Shown here piece after piece: positions 20,014 through 28,182 of a stretch of 64,000 bases of DNA. Every line of letters begins with the position of its first letter. Within the stretch, counting starts at the first letter, position 1. Source of the stretch: Candidatus Krumholzibacteriota bacterium (GTDB lineage: Bacteria; Krumholzibacteriota; Krumholzibacteriia; JAJRXK01); contig CAVXTH010000008.1 of NCBI GenBank assembly GCA_963764625.1, forward strand, positions 32,001 to 96,000, written 5' to 3'. The notes under the pieces are model-generated. The model ran no database searches. It was not told where the DNA came from and saw nothing but the letters and a program-made list of their open reading frames with translations. The translations under genes and the position numbers were made by a program.

Positions 20014-20508
20014 GTGGACACAGACCCCGGCCATGACATTTTCGAACAGCGCGGCATCTCCGTGCGGGCCATGCGCCAAGAGGATTGCGAGGTTCTCGTC
20101 AACATCGACGCCACGGCAACGGGGAAGCCTCGTCCGGAGTATTTCAAGCTCATGATGGCGCGCGCCCTCGAGCGCTCCACCATGCAGATCTCGCTCGTGG
20201 GGGAAATCGACGGCAATGTGGTCGGTTTCGTCATTGGATCGCTATATTATGGAGAATTCGGGCAGCTCGAGCCGGCCGCGGCCATCGACACCATCGGGGT
20301 TCACGTGGATTTCAGGAACATCGGGGTCGGCAGCGCGCTCATGGCCCAACTTCGCCGGAATCTCGGCGCTTTGCAGATTTCGAATGTCCGCACCGAGGTA
20401 GAATGGGATGATCTCGAGCTTCTGGGATTCTTCCAGGCGGAGGAGTTTCGACTTTCCAGTCGACTGTGTCTCGAATTGAAACTGGATCCCTCGCGAGTGC
20501 GGAGTTGA
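20014..20508 (+). CDS. GNAT N-acetyltransferase (BadL-like by context)
   Basis: AAGGAGG RBS at 20001 before the GTG; GEFG...IDTIGVH..FRNIGVGSAL acetyl-CoA motif. Confidence 0.85.
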   Translation: MDTDPGHDIFEQRGISVRAMRQEDCEVLVNIDATATGKPRPEYFKLMMARALERSTMQISLVGEIDGNVVGFVIGSLYYGEFGQLEPAAAIDTIGVHVDFRNIGVGSALMAQLRRNLGALQISNVRTEVEWDDLELLGFFQAEEFRLSSRLCLELKLDPSRVRS

Positions 20509-20545
20509 GTCACCGGGCGGAATCCCCCTGGGGGAGGAGAATCAA

Positions 20546-21253
20546 ATGCGTTGTACACGTTGCGGACATGTGAGCGGAGAGAAGGACAACTATTGCTGTG
20601 AATGTGGAGCTTTCCTGCGCGACGCATACATCGATCAGAAACTGCTCTTCGCCCTCCAGCAGCAGACCGAGGGCAATGACAAAGAGGCGCGCCGCGCGCT
20701 GGAGCGGCTGATCGAAGACGATCCCAACCACGTGCTCGCCAACCACCTGCTGGGAAATCTCTACTTCCACCAGGGAACTCTGGAGAAAGCGATCAAGTGC
20801 TATCGTGCCGCCCTCAAGCAAGCCCCCAAATTTCTCCAGTGCATCTACGATCTGGGGGTCGCATGGTATCATCACGCGAACATGAAGGAGGCGATTCGAG
20901 CCTTCCAGAAGTGTCTGAACATCGATCCTCACTACAACGCGGCGCACTATCGGCTGGGAATCGCCCTGTTCCACGCGGGTGATATCGATGCCGCGCTCGA
21001 GCACTACGAGATGGCCTCCTCGCTCACTCCGGAGTATCGCATGGCCCTGTATCACATCGGCATCGTCCACGAGCGCAAGAGCGACACCGCCTCTGCGGCG
21101 CGCGCGTTCCAACAAAGCGTCGACGAAGCAGTGGGGGAAGCGAGCAGTTTCTATCATCTGGCGCAAATTCGGCGCGCGGAGGGAAAAGAAAAGGAAGCAC
21201 GGGAGCTTCTCGAACGCGCCGCGGGTTTCAAGGCCCTCGATTCGGTGGAATGA
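20546..21253 (+). CDS. zinc-ribbon + tetratricopeptide repeat protein
   Basis: GGAGGAG RBS; CxxC...CxxC N-terminus; about 6 TPR units (A.HLLG..Y, AHYRLG.AL). Confidence 0.88.
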   Translation: MRCTRCGHVSGEKDNYCCECGAFLRDAYIDQKLLFALQQQTEGNDKEARRALERLIEDDPNHVLANHLLGNLYFHQGTLEKAIKCYRAALKQAPKFLQCIYDLGVAWYHHANMKEAIRAFQKCLNIDPHYNAAHYRLGIALFHAGDIDAALEHYEMASSLTPEYRMALYHIGIVHERKSDTASAARAFQQSVDEAVGEASSFYHLAQIRRAEGKEKEARELLERAAGFKALDSVE

Positions 21254-21257
21254 ATTC

Positions 21258-22536
21258 GTGAGCGATCAGCCCAAGACCCCGCGCCCTTCCATCGACGAGT
21301 TGATCTTCGATTGGGAACAAGCCGGTCCCAACCATTTCGAGCGGGTCGGGCCACGTGATGATCGACGACGAGACCCTGCGCGACGGACTCCAGTGCCCCT
21401 CGGTCATCGATCCCGAAGTCGAATTGAAAGTGGAATTACTCCACCTCATGGACAGCCTGGGCATCGAGACGGCGGACGTTGGCCTGCCCGGCGCCGGGGA
21501 GCGACAGTGGAACGCCGTCATGAGGCTCTGTCGCGAGATCGTGGATCAAAGGCTCGCGATCCGTCCGAATTGCGCCGGGCGAACCGTAATGGCCGACATC
21601 CAACCCATGGCGGAAATTTCCCAGCGCGTGGGAATCGGAATCGAGGCCTGCGTCTTCATCGGAAGCAGTCCGATTCGGCAGTACACCGAGAACTGGCAGC
21701 TGGATCAGCTCCTGCGGCACACGAAAGAAGCGGTGAGCTTCGCGGTGGCCGAGGGGCTTCAGGTGATGTACGTCACCGAAGACACCATCCGCTCCTCCCC
21801 CGAACATCTGCGGCTGCTTCTCACCGCCGCGATCGACGCCGGCGCCTCACGGCTCTGTCTCTGCGACACGGTGGGCGCCGGAGTACCCGAAGGGGTGAAG
21901 AACCTCGTCAGCTGGACCCGCGACCTCATCGCCGAGTCGGGGACCGAGGTTGGCATCGACTGGCACGGGCACCGTGACCGCGGTCTCGATCTCCCCAACA
22001 CTCTGGCCGCAATCCAGGCCGGCGCCAGCCGGGTGCACGGCACCCTTCTGGGAATCGGCGAGCGGGTGGGAAACACCCCGATCGAACAGCTGCTGGTGAA
22101 TCTGAAACTGTTGGGGATGCGCGACGACGACCTCTCCCGGCTCCCCGAGTACGCGGAGCTGGTCTCCAAGGGGACGGGCGTTCCCATTCCGGCCAGTGCG
22201 CCCATCCTGGGTCGCGACGCCTTCCGCACCGCTACCGGGGTCCACGCCTCCGCGGTGGTGAAAGCCCAGGCGAAGGGAGACGCCTGGCTCGCCGATCGCG
22301 TCTACTCGGGAGTGCCCGCGAGCTGGATCGGGCGCAGCCAGGAGATCGAGGTCGGCCACATGTCCGGCAGCTCGAACGTCATCCACTATCTGACGACCCG
22401 TGGGCTGCCCTGCACCGACGAGGTGGTGCAGGCGGTTCTCACCGAGGCGAAGAAGTCTCCTTCCCTCTTGAAGGAAGACGACATCGTTCAGCTCGTGAGA
22501 AAGGCGGAGCGCGCGATCTCTCGCGATCCGGACTGA
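21258..22536 (+). CDS. LeuA/homocitrate synthase-family (DRE-TIM) enzyme without regulatory domain (1-nt insertion near 21350)
   Basis: DETLRDGLQ, LCDTVG, HGHRDRG, GIGERVGN. The N-terminus MSDQPK...ELIFDW lies in another frame upstream of 21355. 425 aa when corrected. Confidence 0.82.
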
Positions 22537-22571
22537 GTTCTTCCTTTCGATTCCAATATTCTGGCCCGCCC

Positions 22572-23006
22572 TCAGCTCACCGCATCGGGAAGCGTCTCCA
22601 CGAATTCCCGCAGCTCGTCGCGCACCCTACGGTAGTGGCCCAGGATCTCTTCCTCCTCCCGGGCCGACGAAGCGAGCCGGGGCGGATCGTCGAAGTTGCG
22701 ATGCACCACGCGGACCGGGCGCGGAAAGACGGGACAGCTCTCGTAGGCGTCGTCGCAAACCGTGATCACCACGTCGAAAGCGTGATCGAGCACCTCGTAA
22801 AGCTTCTTGCTGCGCTGGCTGGAGATGTCAACCCCGGCTTCTTTCATTACCCTGACGGCGTAGGGGTCGAGACCTTTGGGCTTTAGGCCGGCGGAATGCG
22901 CCTCGATGAGTTCACCGCGAAGCGTACGCGCCCACCCCTCGGCCATCTGACTGCGACAGGAATTCCCGCTGCAGAGAAAGAGGATCTTCATCTTGTCTTT
23001 GGACAT
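22572..23006 (-). CDS. arsC: arsenate reductase, LMW-PTPase/thioredoxin type
   Basis: LFLCSGNSCRSQMAEG, ITVC...CPVFP, DDP. Confidence 0.88.
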   Translation of the reverse strand: MSKDKMKILFLCSGNSCRSQMAEGWARTLRGELIEAHSAGLKPKGLDPYAVRVMKEAGVDISSQRSKKLYEVLDHAFDVVITVCDDAYESCPVFPRPVRVVHRNFDDPPRLASSAREEEEILGHYRRVRDELREFVETLPDAVS

Positions 23007-23024
23007 CGCTGCTATGGAACTCTC

Positions 23025-23843
23025 TCACTTCGGAATGGGGGCGGCCTTCTCCCACAGCATCTCGAAAATGGAAGAGAACCCGCGACTGAGCAACTCGTTG
23101 CGGATCTCGACCATGATGAAGCCATCTCCCTCGGCCGGACGGGGATCGGCCATCGGCAATCCGGTGATGCGATCGTCGAAGATCACCATGCGCATGGGCA
23201 CTTCCGGCAGCCAACGCAGGCTGGCTCCGCTGCGCAAATGGCCCCGCAAAATCTCTTTTGGCTCGGCGCCGAGGCCCTTGGGCAATTCGTAGAGCTGTTC
23301 CACTCGCACTCCGGCCTCCACCCGTTCGCGAACCAGCTCGGCGTCGTCCTTGACCACCAGCGGCAAGCGCGCGATCACACTCACCCGTTCGGTGGCGGCA
23401 TTCAGGAGAATCTTGTAGTTGCGAGCCGCGGCGTAACGCCCTTGGAACATCTTCACCCTGCCCTCGCGGCGATTGAGCGCGGCGCCGGAGCTGACGAATT
23501 CCTCCTTGAGCCGCTGCAACGCCTCTTTGGAACTCGACTCGCGGGCGCGCATGTCCTCGAGCAGCGGGCGGAAAGCCTCGTGGGGAGCGATCGCGGCGTA
23601 GCAGTTGACCGGCCCCAGCTGGCTCTCGCACAGCCCCCGTTGGATGAGGCGCTTGAGGGTGGAATAGACCTTGGGCTGGGGAACCCGGCTGTACTCGGCG
23701 ATTTCGGGCACGCGAGAACCGGGATGGCGGAGAATGGCCAGATAGACCCGGACTTCGTAGTCCGTGAGGCCCAAATTGAGCAGACCTTCGGAGATCTGAG
23801 CGTCAGTTCCGCTCACGGTTTTGGCCTTGCGGGCGGGACTCAT
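23025..23843 (-). CDS. TrmB family transcriptional regulator
   Basis: LGLTDYEVRVYLAIL...EIAEYSRVPQPKVYSTLKRL wHTH; C-terminal MRMVIFDD effector-type domain. Confidence 0.88.
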   Translation of the reverse strand: MSPARKAKTVSGTDAQISEGLLNLGLTDYEVRVYLAILRHPGSRVPEIAEYSRVPQPKVYSTLKRLIQRGLCESQLGPVNCYAAIAPHEAFRPLLEDMRARESSSKEALQRLKEEFVSSGAALNRREGRVKMFQGRYAAARNYKILLNAATERVSVIARLPLVVKDDAELVRERVEAGVRVEQLYELPKGLGAEPKEILRGHLRSGASLRWLPEVPMRMVIFDDRITGLPMADPRPAEGDGFIMVEIRNELLSRGFSSIFEMLWEKAAPIPK

Positions 23844-23927
23844 CAGCTGAACCTCTGATGCTGCGAGGCCCTTCGAGTGTAGAGGGCGTGGTTGGGGATG
23901 ACCAGCGGGATGTGTCGCGAAAGGGGC

Positions 23928-23963
23928 GAAATGACGAAGGCCCGCCACAGGGCGGGCCTTCGT
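23928..23963 (-). terminator. intrinsic terminator-like hairpin
   Basis: Perfect 13-bp inverted repeat ACGAAGGCCCGCC-N4-GGCGGGCCTTCGT (23934-23963), followed by CATTT on the minus strand. Confidence 0.7.
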
Positions 23964-24137
23964 AGCCGGGGCGCGCTCACACCCGAATCTTTCCCTGGCG
24001 CGATGCTCCCTGGGTCCAGGCGAAATCCCCCTCGACCTGCCGTCTGGTCCCAGCAGACGAGGTGGGGGGGCGACCCACACGGGAACTCGTCACAAGAGAG
24101 CGGGGGCGCAGCCACCGTCATCGTTCATGACAACTGC
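23928..24137 (-). ncRNA. candidate ~210-nt structured sRNA or leader RNA
   Basis: 5' hairpin TTGTCAT/ATGACGG; long rod GTTCCC/GGGAGC, TGGGTC/GACCCA, CCCCC/GGGGG, ACCT/AGGT, CGTCTG/CAGACG. The G-U pairs work only on the minus strand. Confidence 0.5.
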
Positions 24138-24141
24138 AATA

Positions 24142-24171
24142 ATTTTAGCCGATTTTTGAATCCGGCGTCTA
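24142..24171 (-). promoter_or_regulatory. sigma70-like promoter
   Basis: TAGACG-N18-TAAAAT on the minus strand in an AT-rich patch. Confidence 0.55.
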
Positions 24172-24323
24172 CCCGCTCGTGGCCACGAGCCTGGATCGAG
24201 AGCTGGAACTCCTTTGATTCCAGCGATTATCTTCTCTTATCGCCACGCCGGTCGAGTGACTATCATGGGGGCTGCGCGTATCCCTGGATCGAGTTCTGAC
24301 CTTCCCGCCCTCCGGAGGCTTCC

Positions 24324-25382
24324 GTGTCGAGAGAGTGGAATGAGGCAAAAGTCAACGAGCACCCGGCCCCCGGCCAAGAGGAACTCCCCCACGGTCACGG
24401 CGCCGCGCCGGGGGAATGGGGGAAGGCCCCCGCCCACCCCCTGTCGCGGCCCAGCCTCTCGCGTCGCCTCCAACGGCTTTTCGCGCGTTCCTTGCGCATC
24501 CTGCCCAAGCGAGTGGTGAAGATCTTCGCCTCGCGCTACATCGCTGGCGAACGCGTCGAGGAGGGGGTGACCAAAGCCCGCGAGCTCTACGAGACCCACG
24601 GAATCCATTCCACTCTGGATATCTTGGGAGAGGACGTTCGCACTCGCGACCACGTGGAGGTTTATCACCGGCAATACCAAACCCTCATCCAAAGCATCGC
24701 CGATCTTCCCTACGCCAACGTCTCGATCAAGCTCTCCGCGCTCGGGCAGCTTTTGGACGAGGAAGATTGCCTTCGGCGCACAGAGGACATCGTGCAGCGC
24801 GCGGCCGCGGTGGACACTCTCGTGCGCCTGGACATGGAGGATCACACCACGACCAGCAGTACCCTGCGGATCTACCGGATCCTGAGGGAACGCGGCCACA
24901 AGAACGTGGGCATCGTGCTGCAGTCACGACTCTTCCGCACCACCGAGGATCTCAAGGATCTGGCCAGCCTCAAGCCCAACGTGCGACTCTGCATCGGCAT
25001 CTACCGCGAGCCTCCGGAAATCGCGCTGCAGGAAAAGCCCGAGATGAAACGACGCATGCTCGAACTTCTGGAAGGCATGTGGATGAACTCGCAGCACGTG
25101 GCCCTGGCGACCCACGAGGAGTGGTGCATTCGGGAAGCACTCCAGATCGCGGCGCGCCTTCGGATTCCCGATCCCGAAATCGAGGTTCAAATGCTGATGG
25201 GCGTACCCAGCCTGCCCTTGCAGAAGGAGCTGGTGGCGCGCGGCATCCGCGTGCGTCTGTACGTTCCTTACGGCAGACAGTGGTACGCGTACAGCATGCG
25301 CCGTCTCGAGAACAACCCGGACGTCTTTCTCTCCGTTTTCAAGAGCCTGCTGCGCGGCGTCTTCCATCCCGGGGCCAATTGA
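24324..25382 (+). CDS. monofunctional proline dehydrogenase
   Basis: RYIAGE, LDILGE, SIKLSALG, RLDMED, VLQSRL.RT, ATH, YVPYG..WY.YSMRRL.ENP. Start uncertain. Confidence 0.92.
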   Translation: MSREWNEAKVNEHPAPGQEELPHGHGAAPGEWGKAPAHPLSRPSLSRRLQRLFARSLRILPKRVVKIFASRYIAGERVEEGVTKARELYETHGIHSTLDILGEDVRTRDHVEVYHRQYQTLIQSIADLPYANVSIKLSALGQLLDEEDCLRRTEDIVQRAAAVDTLVRLDMEDHTTTSSTLRIYRILRERGHKNVGIVLQSRLFRTTEDLKDLASLKPNVRLCIGIYREPPEIALQEKPEMKRRMLELLEGMWMNSQHVALATHEEWCIREALQIAARLRIPDPEIEVQMLMGVPSLPLQKELVARGIRVRLYVPYGRQWYAYSMRRLENNPDVFLSVFKSLLRGVFHPGAN

Positions 25383-25441
25383 AGTACAATCGTTGACGCG
25401 CGGTAAGGGTCTCCGGTTTCACCAATGCGAACCGCGGTCAC

Positions 25442-26056
25442 ATGAGAACTCCGTTTTGCATCGCTATCTTCCTGCTCCTCACGGCACTGCTCGGCGCGGC
25501 CAGAGTGCCCACGAGCTCCGCGCGCGTTTTGAACTTCGACGAACTCGCTTCGGGAACTGTGGTCAACGAGCAGTACGCGTTCATGGGAGTGCATCTCTCG
25601 ACCGTGGGGACCGGGCTCAGTGCGGTCATCGCCACCACCGTGCCCGACTCCTGTGGAGGCGCGGCGCCCTCGGCTCCCAACGTGCTCTCGTACCGGGCCG
25701 AAGGAGAGTGTCCGGACGTTCACGATGAAACCGGCTGGTTCGAGGTCGATTTCGACACGCCTCAGAACCAGGTGTCGGTCACGGCCGTGAATCAAGGACC
25801 CAACTCCGCGGCCTACTTGAAGGCTTACGGAGCGGACGGTTTCGTCGAAATTGCCTGGAGCGTCCCGGGCGCAGCCATGACCGGAGTTCCTCAGACCCTG
25901 ATCGTGGCGCCACCACTGGATCGGCAACGCATCACCCGCGTTCAGTTCGGTGTCTACCACTCGAGCGATCCGGTGATCTTCGACGATCTCTCCCTCGATC
26001 TGGTCGTGCCCGCTCGCTTCACGAGCTGGGGCACTCTCAAGGCCCGCTGGGAGTGA
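25442..26056 (+). CDS. secreted hypothetical protein with C-terminal TSWGTLKARWE motif
   Basis: Signal-peptide-like N-terminus; beta-sandwich-like body (LNFDEL...FDDLSL); distinctive tail. Confidence 0.75.
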   Translation: MRTPFCIAIFLLLTALLGAARVPTSSARVLNFDELASGTVVNEQYAFMGVHLSTVGTGLSAVIATTVPDSCGGAAPSAPNVLSYRAEGECPDVHDETGWFEVDFDTPQNQVSVTAVNQGPNSAAYLKAYGADGFVEIAWSVPGAAMTGVPQTLIVAPPLDRQRITRVQFGVYHSSDPVIFDDLSLDLVVPARFTSWGTLKARWE

Positions 26057-26089
26057 GCGACCCGCAAGACGAGTCCTCCTCGAACGGCC

Positions 26090-26671
26090 CTAGCATCCGC
26101 TGCTCATGTTGTCTAGAAAGCGCCAGTAGGCGTTGAGGATGCAGCCGATGGTGGCGTAGATCTCGCCCTGCAGGAGCGTGCAGCGATTGAATTCCTCGAA
26201 GAAGGCGGCGATCGCGCAGGTGTAGAACTCCTTGCTCGATGCGACGGCGGGAGCTGGCCACACTTCAGCCTTCAGGCCTTGAAGGAGTTCAGCTCGGGAA
26301 TCCATCGGTTCTGGCGGCGCGTCGTACTCCTCCAACTCGGGCCAGCGGCTCTTTACCCCCGCGCTCAACAGCTCCTGCTGCGCCAGGAACGCTCCCAGGT
26401 CTTCCCGCGAGTACCCGAGGCGCTGAAACGCCCATGCGTCGTCACCGGCGAGAAAGTGAAGACGAATCTCCGTGCGCAGGACGGGATCGGCCAGTTTCTC
26501 CTGGATGTCCGCGAGAAATCGGAAGGCGTTCTGGAACCATACTTCCTGTAAGAGATCATCGACCCGCCGTGGCTGCGGTTCGGTCGCGCGTTCTTTCGCG
26601 CAACCGAACGAAAGACACGAGGTCATCAGGAGCAGGAGGAAAAGGACTGAAGTTCCGCGTACCTGTGACAT
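26090..26671 (-). CDS. hypothetical lipoprotein
   Basis: Hydrophobic N-terminus with lipobox-like SFGC; four C-terminal Cys. Confidence 0.65.
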   Translation of the reverse strand: MSQVRGTSVLFLLLLMTSCLSFGCAKERATEPQPRRVDDLLQEVWFQNAFRFLADIQEKLADPVLRTEIRLHFLAGDDAWAFQRLGYSREDLGAFLAQQELLSAGVKSRWPELEEYDAPPEPMDSRAELLQGLKAEVWPAPAVASSKEFYTCAIAAFFEEFNRCTLLQGEIYATIGCILNAYWRFLDNMSSGC

Positions 26672-26838
26672 GAGCTGTCTCCCTTCGCGGGAGGCGTGCT
26701 CTGGATTCAAGGCAGGACTCGTACCAATCACTCACGAGGGGAATACGACGGCCAATGAGGCCGCTCGGGCTCGACTCGAAGAAGCAGAAGCGTCCTCTGT
26801 CCCGGATTCCGGACGGCGCCACAAGCCCGAGGGCGGGG

Positions 26839-28182
26839 CTACTGTCCTCTCAGGGGAAGTCGCGTGCGCGAGAGCATGATGTCGTAGGGAGCGATCGGAA
26901 CCGGTTCTGCGAGCCGTGCGCGCGCGCCCTGGCCGAAGGCCTCGAGCTGTCGGGCTTGCTCGGACTCAGTGAGGGCCAAAAAGCCCTCCGCCGCCGCGCG
27001 CTTCGCGTATGGCTCGTCCCCGTGAATCACGAGCTTGGAGAGGTAGACCTGGTCGCCGCGACGCAGATCCATTTTCTCCAGCGCCAGAAGCGTGGAACTC
27101 AGGTGCCGTTCGAAGTGCACCTTGCCCCCCGCTCCGACCAACACGATGACCCCCACGCGAATCGACGCCTCATGCAGACAACCCACCAGTTCGATGGCCG
27201 CCTTCGAGGCCGGAGGCTTGCCCAGGATTCGCAGCACTTCGTCGTCACCCGACTCGAGGCCCAAATACACCCGCCGCACTCCAGCTTCGGCGAGCTGCGC
27301 GAACTCGCGACCGCTCTTGGGTGGATGGAATCCGTCGACGAAGGAATAGAATCCATCGAACCAGTTTTCGTGCTTCGCTTTGAACTCCTCACGAGCGCGA
27401 GCGCTCATGGAGGGATCGAGCAATGGCATGCGCTCGGTGACCGCCTGCAGCATGGGAAGCAGTCTACGGTTGTCCACCAGCAGGGCATTCGCCTGGCCCA
27501 AGAAAACGCGATGGTAACGGCTGAGCGACTTTCCCAGATAACTCAGGACGGCATCGAGATGGGCCATGAATTCATCGTAGTCCCGTTCACGATAGGGAGT
27601 GTCCTTGTAGAAACTGCAGAAGCCACAGCGGTTCCAGGAGCAACCCTCGGTGAGCTGGAGCACGAGGGACGAGTAATGATCAGGAGGCAGAATGGGAATG
27701 GGTAGATAGATGCGATGCGTCTCTTCTCGATCGTATTGCAAGGTGCGGGAATCGAAGCGGGCTGCGGCCGCGAGCGCTTCCTTGGCCCACCGGGAGGGAT
27801 GGGCCAGTCGGCCCGACAAGAGCTCACACTCCCCCCTCTCGTCCGAATCCTCCAGGAGCCGCAGCGCGGCCCGGGCATGGGCGTGTTGGTCCGCCAAGAA
27901 CTGCAAGGGGTCGGCCGGAGGATCGAGTCGCTGCCGCGCGCGGCGCGGTTGTCTCACCACTTTAGAGACGAGGATTCGACTGTCCAGGGTGCGCCGGTAG
28001 CTGACGCCGTCCTTCTGCACCAGAATCACCCGGCCAGCGTCGTCGAAGTGAATGGCATGGTCGTTTGGGAGTTCAAGCCGCAGGAGGTGGGGCCTCACTC
28101 CCAGAGCGAAGCGCGCCCCTTGTGATGTTCCGATCGCGACGACCGGTTCGTGACCCGCCTCGAACTGCCACGTCCCCTTCAT
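26839..28182 (-). CDS. radical SAM protein with N-terminal extension
   Basis: CSWNRCGFC (CxxxCxxC), VFLGQANAL, VYLGLESGD; ATGA overlap with the upstream gene. Confidence 0.9.
   Translation of the reverse strand: MKGTWQFEAGHEPVVAIGTSQGARFALGVRPHLLRLELPNDHAIHFDDAGRVILVQKDGVSYRRTLDSRILVSKVVRQPRRARQRLDPPADPLQFLADQHAHARAALRLLEDSDERGECELLSGRLAHPSRWAKEALAAAARFDSRTLQYDREETHRIYLPIPILPPDHYSSLVLQLTEGCSWNRCGFCSFYKDTPYRERDYDEFMAHLDAVLSYLGKSLSRYHRVFLGQANALLVDNRRLLPMLQAVTERMPLLDPSMSARAREEFKAKHENWFDGFYSFVDGFHPPKSGREFAQLAEAGVRRVYLGLESGDDEVLRILGKPPASKAAIELVGCLHEASIRVGVIVLVGAGGKVHFERHLSSTLLALEKMDLRRGDQVYLSKLVIHGDEPYAKRAAAEGFLALTESEQARQLEAFGQGARARLAEPVPIAPYDIMLSRTRLPLRGQ

Noticed and set aside
24034-24041. GACCTGCC, like the 3' end of a cobalamin riboswitch
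   Set aside because: No upstream B12-box or GCCACTG elements, and the G-U pairing favours the opposite strand.
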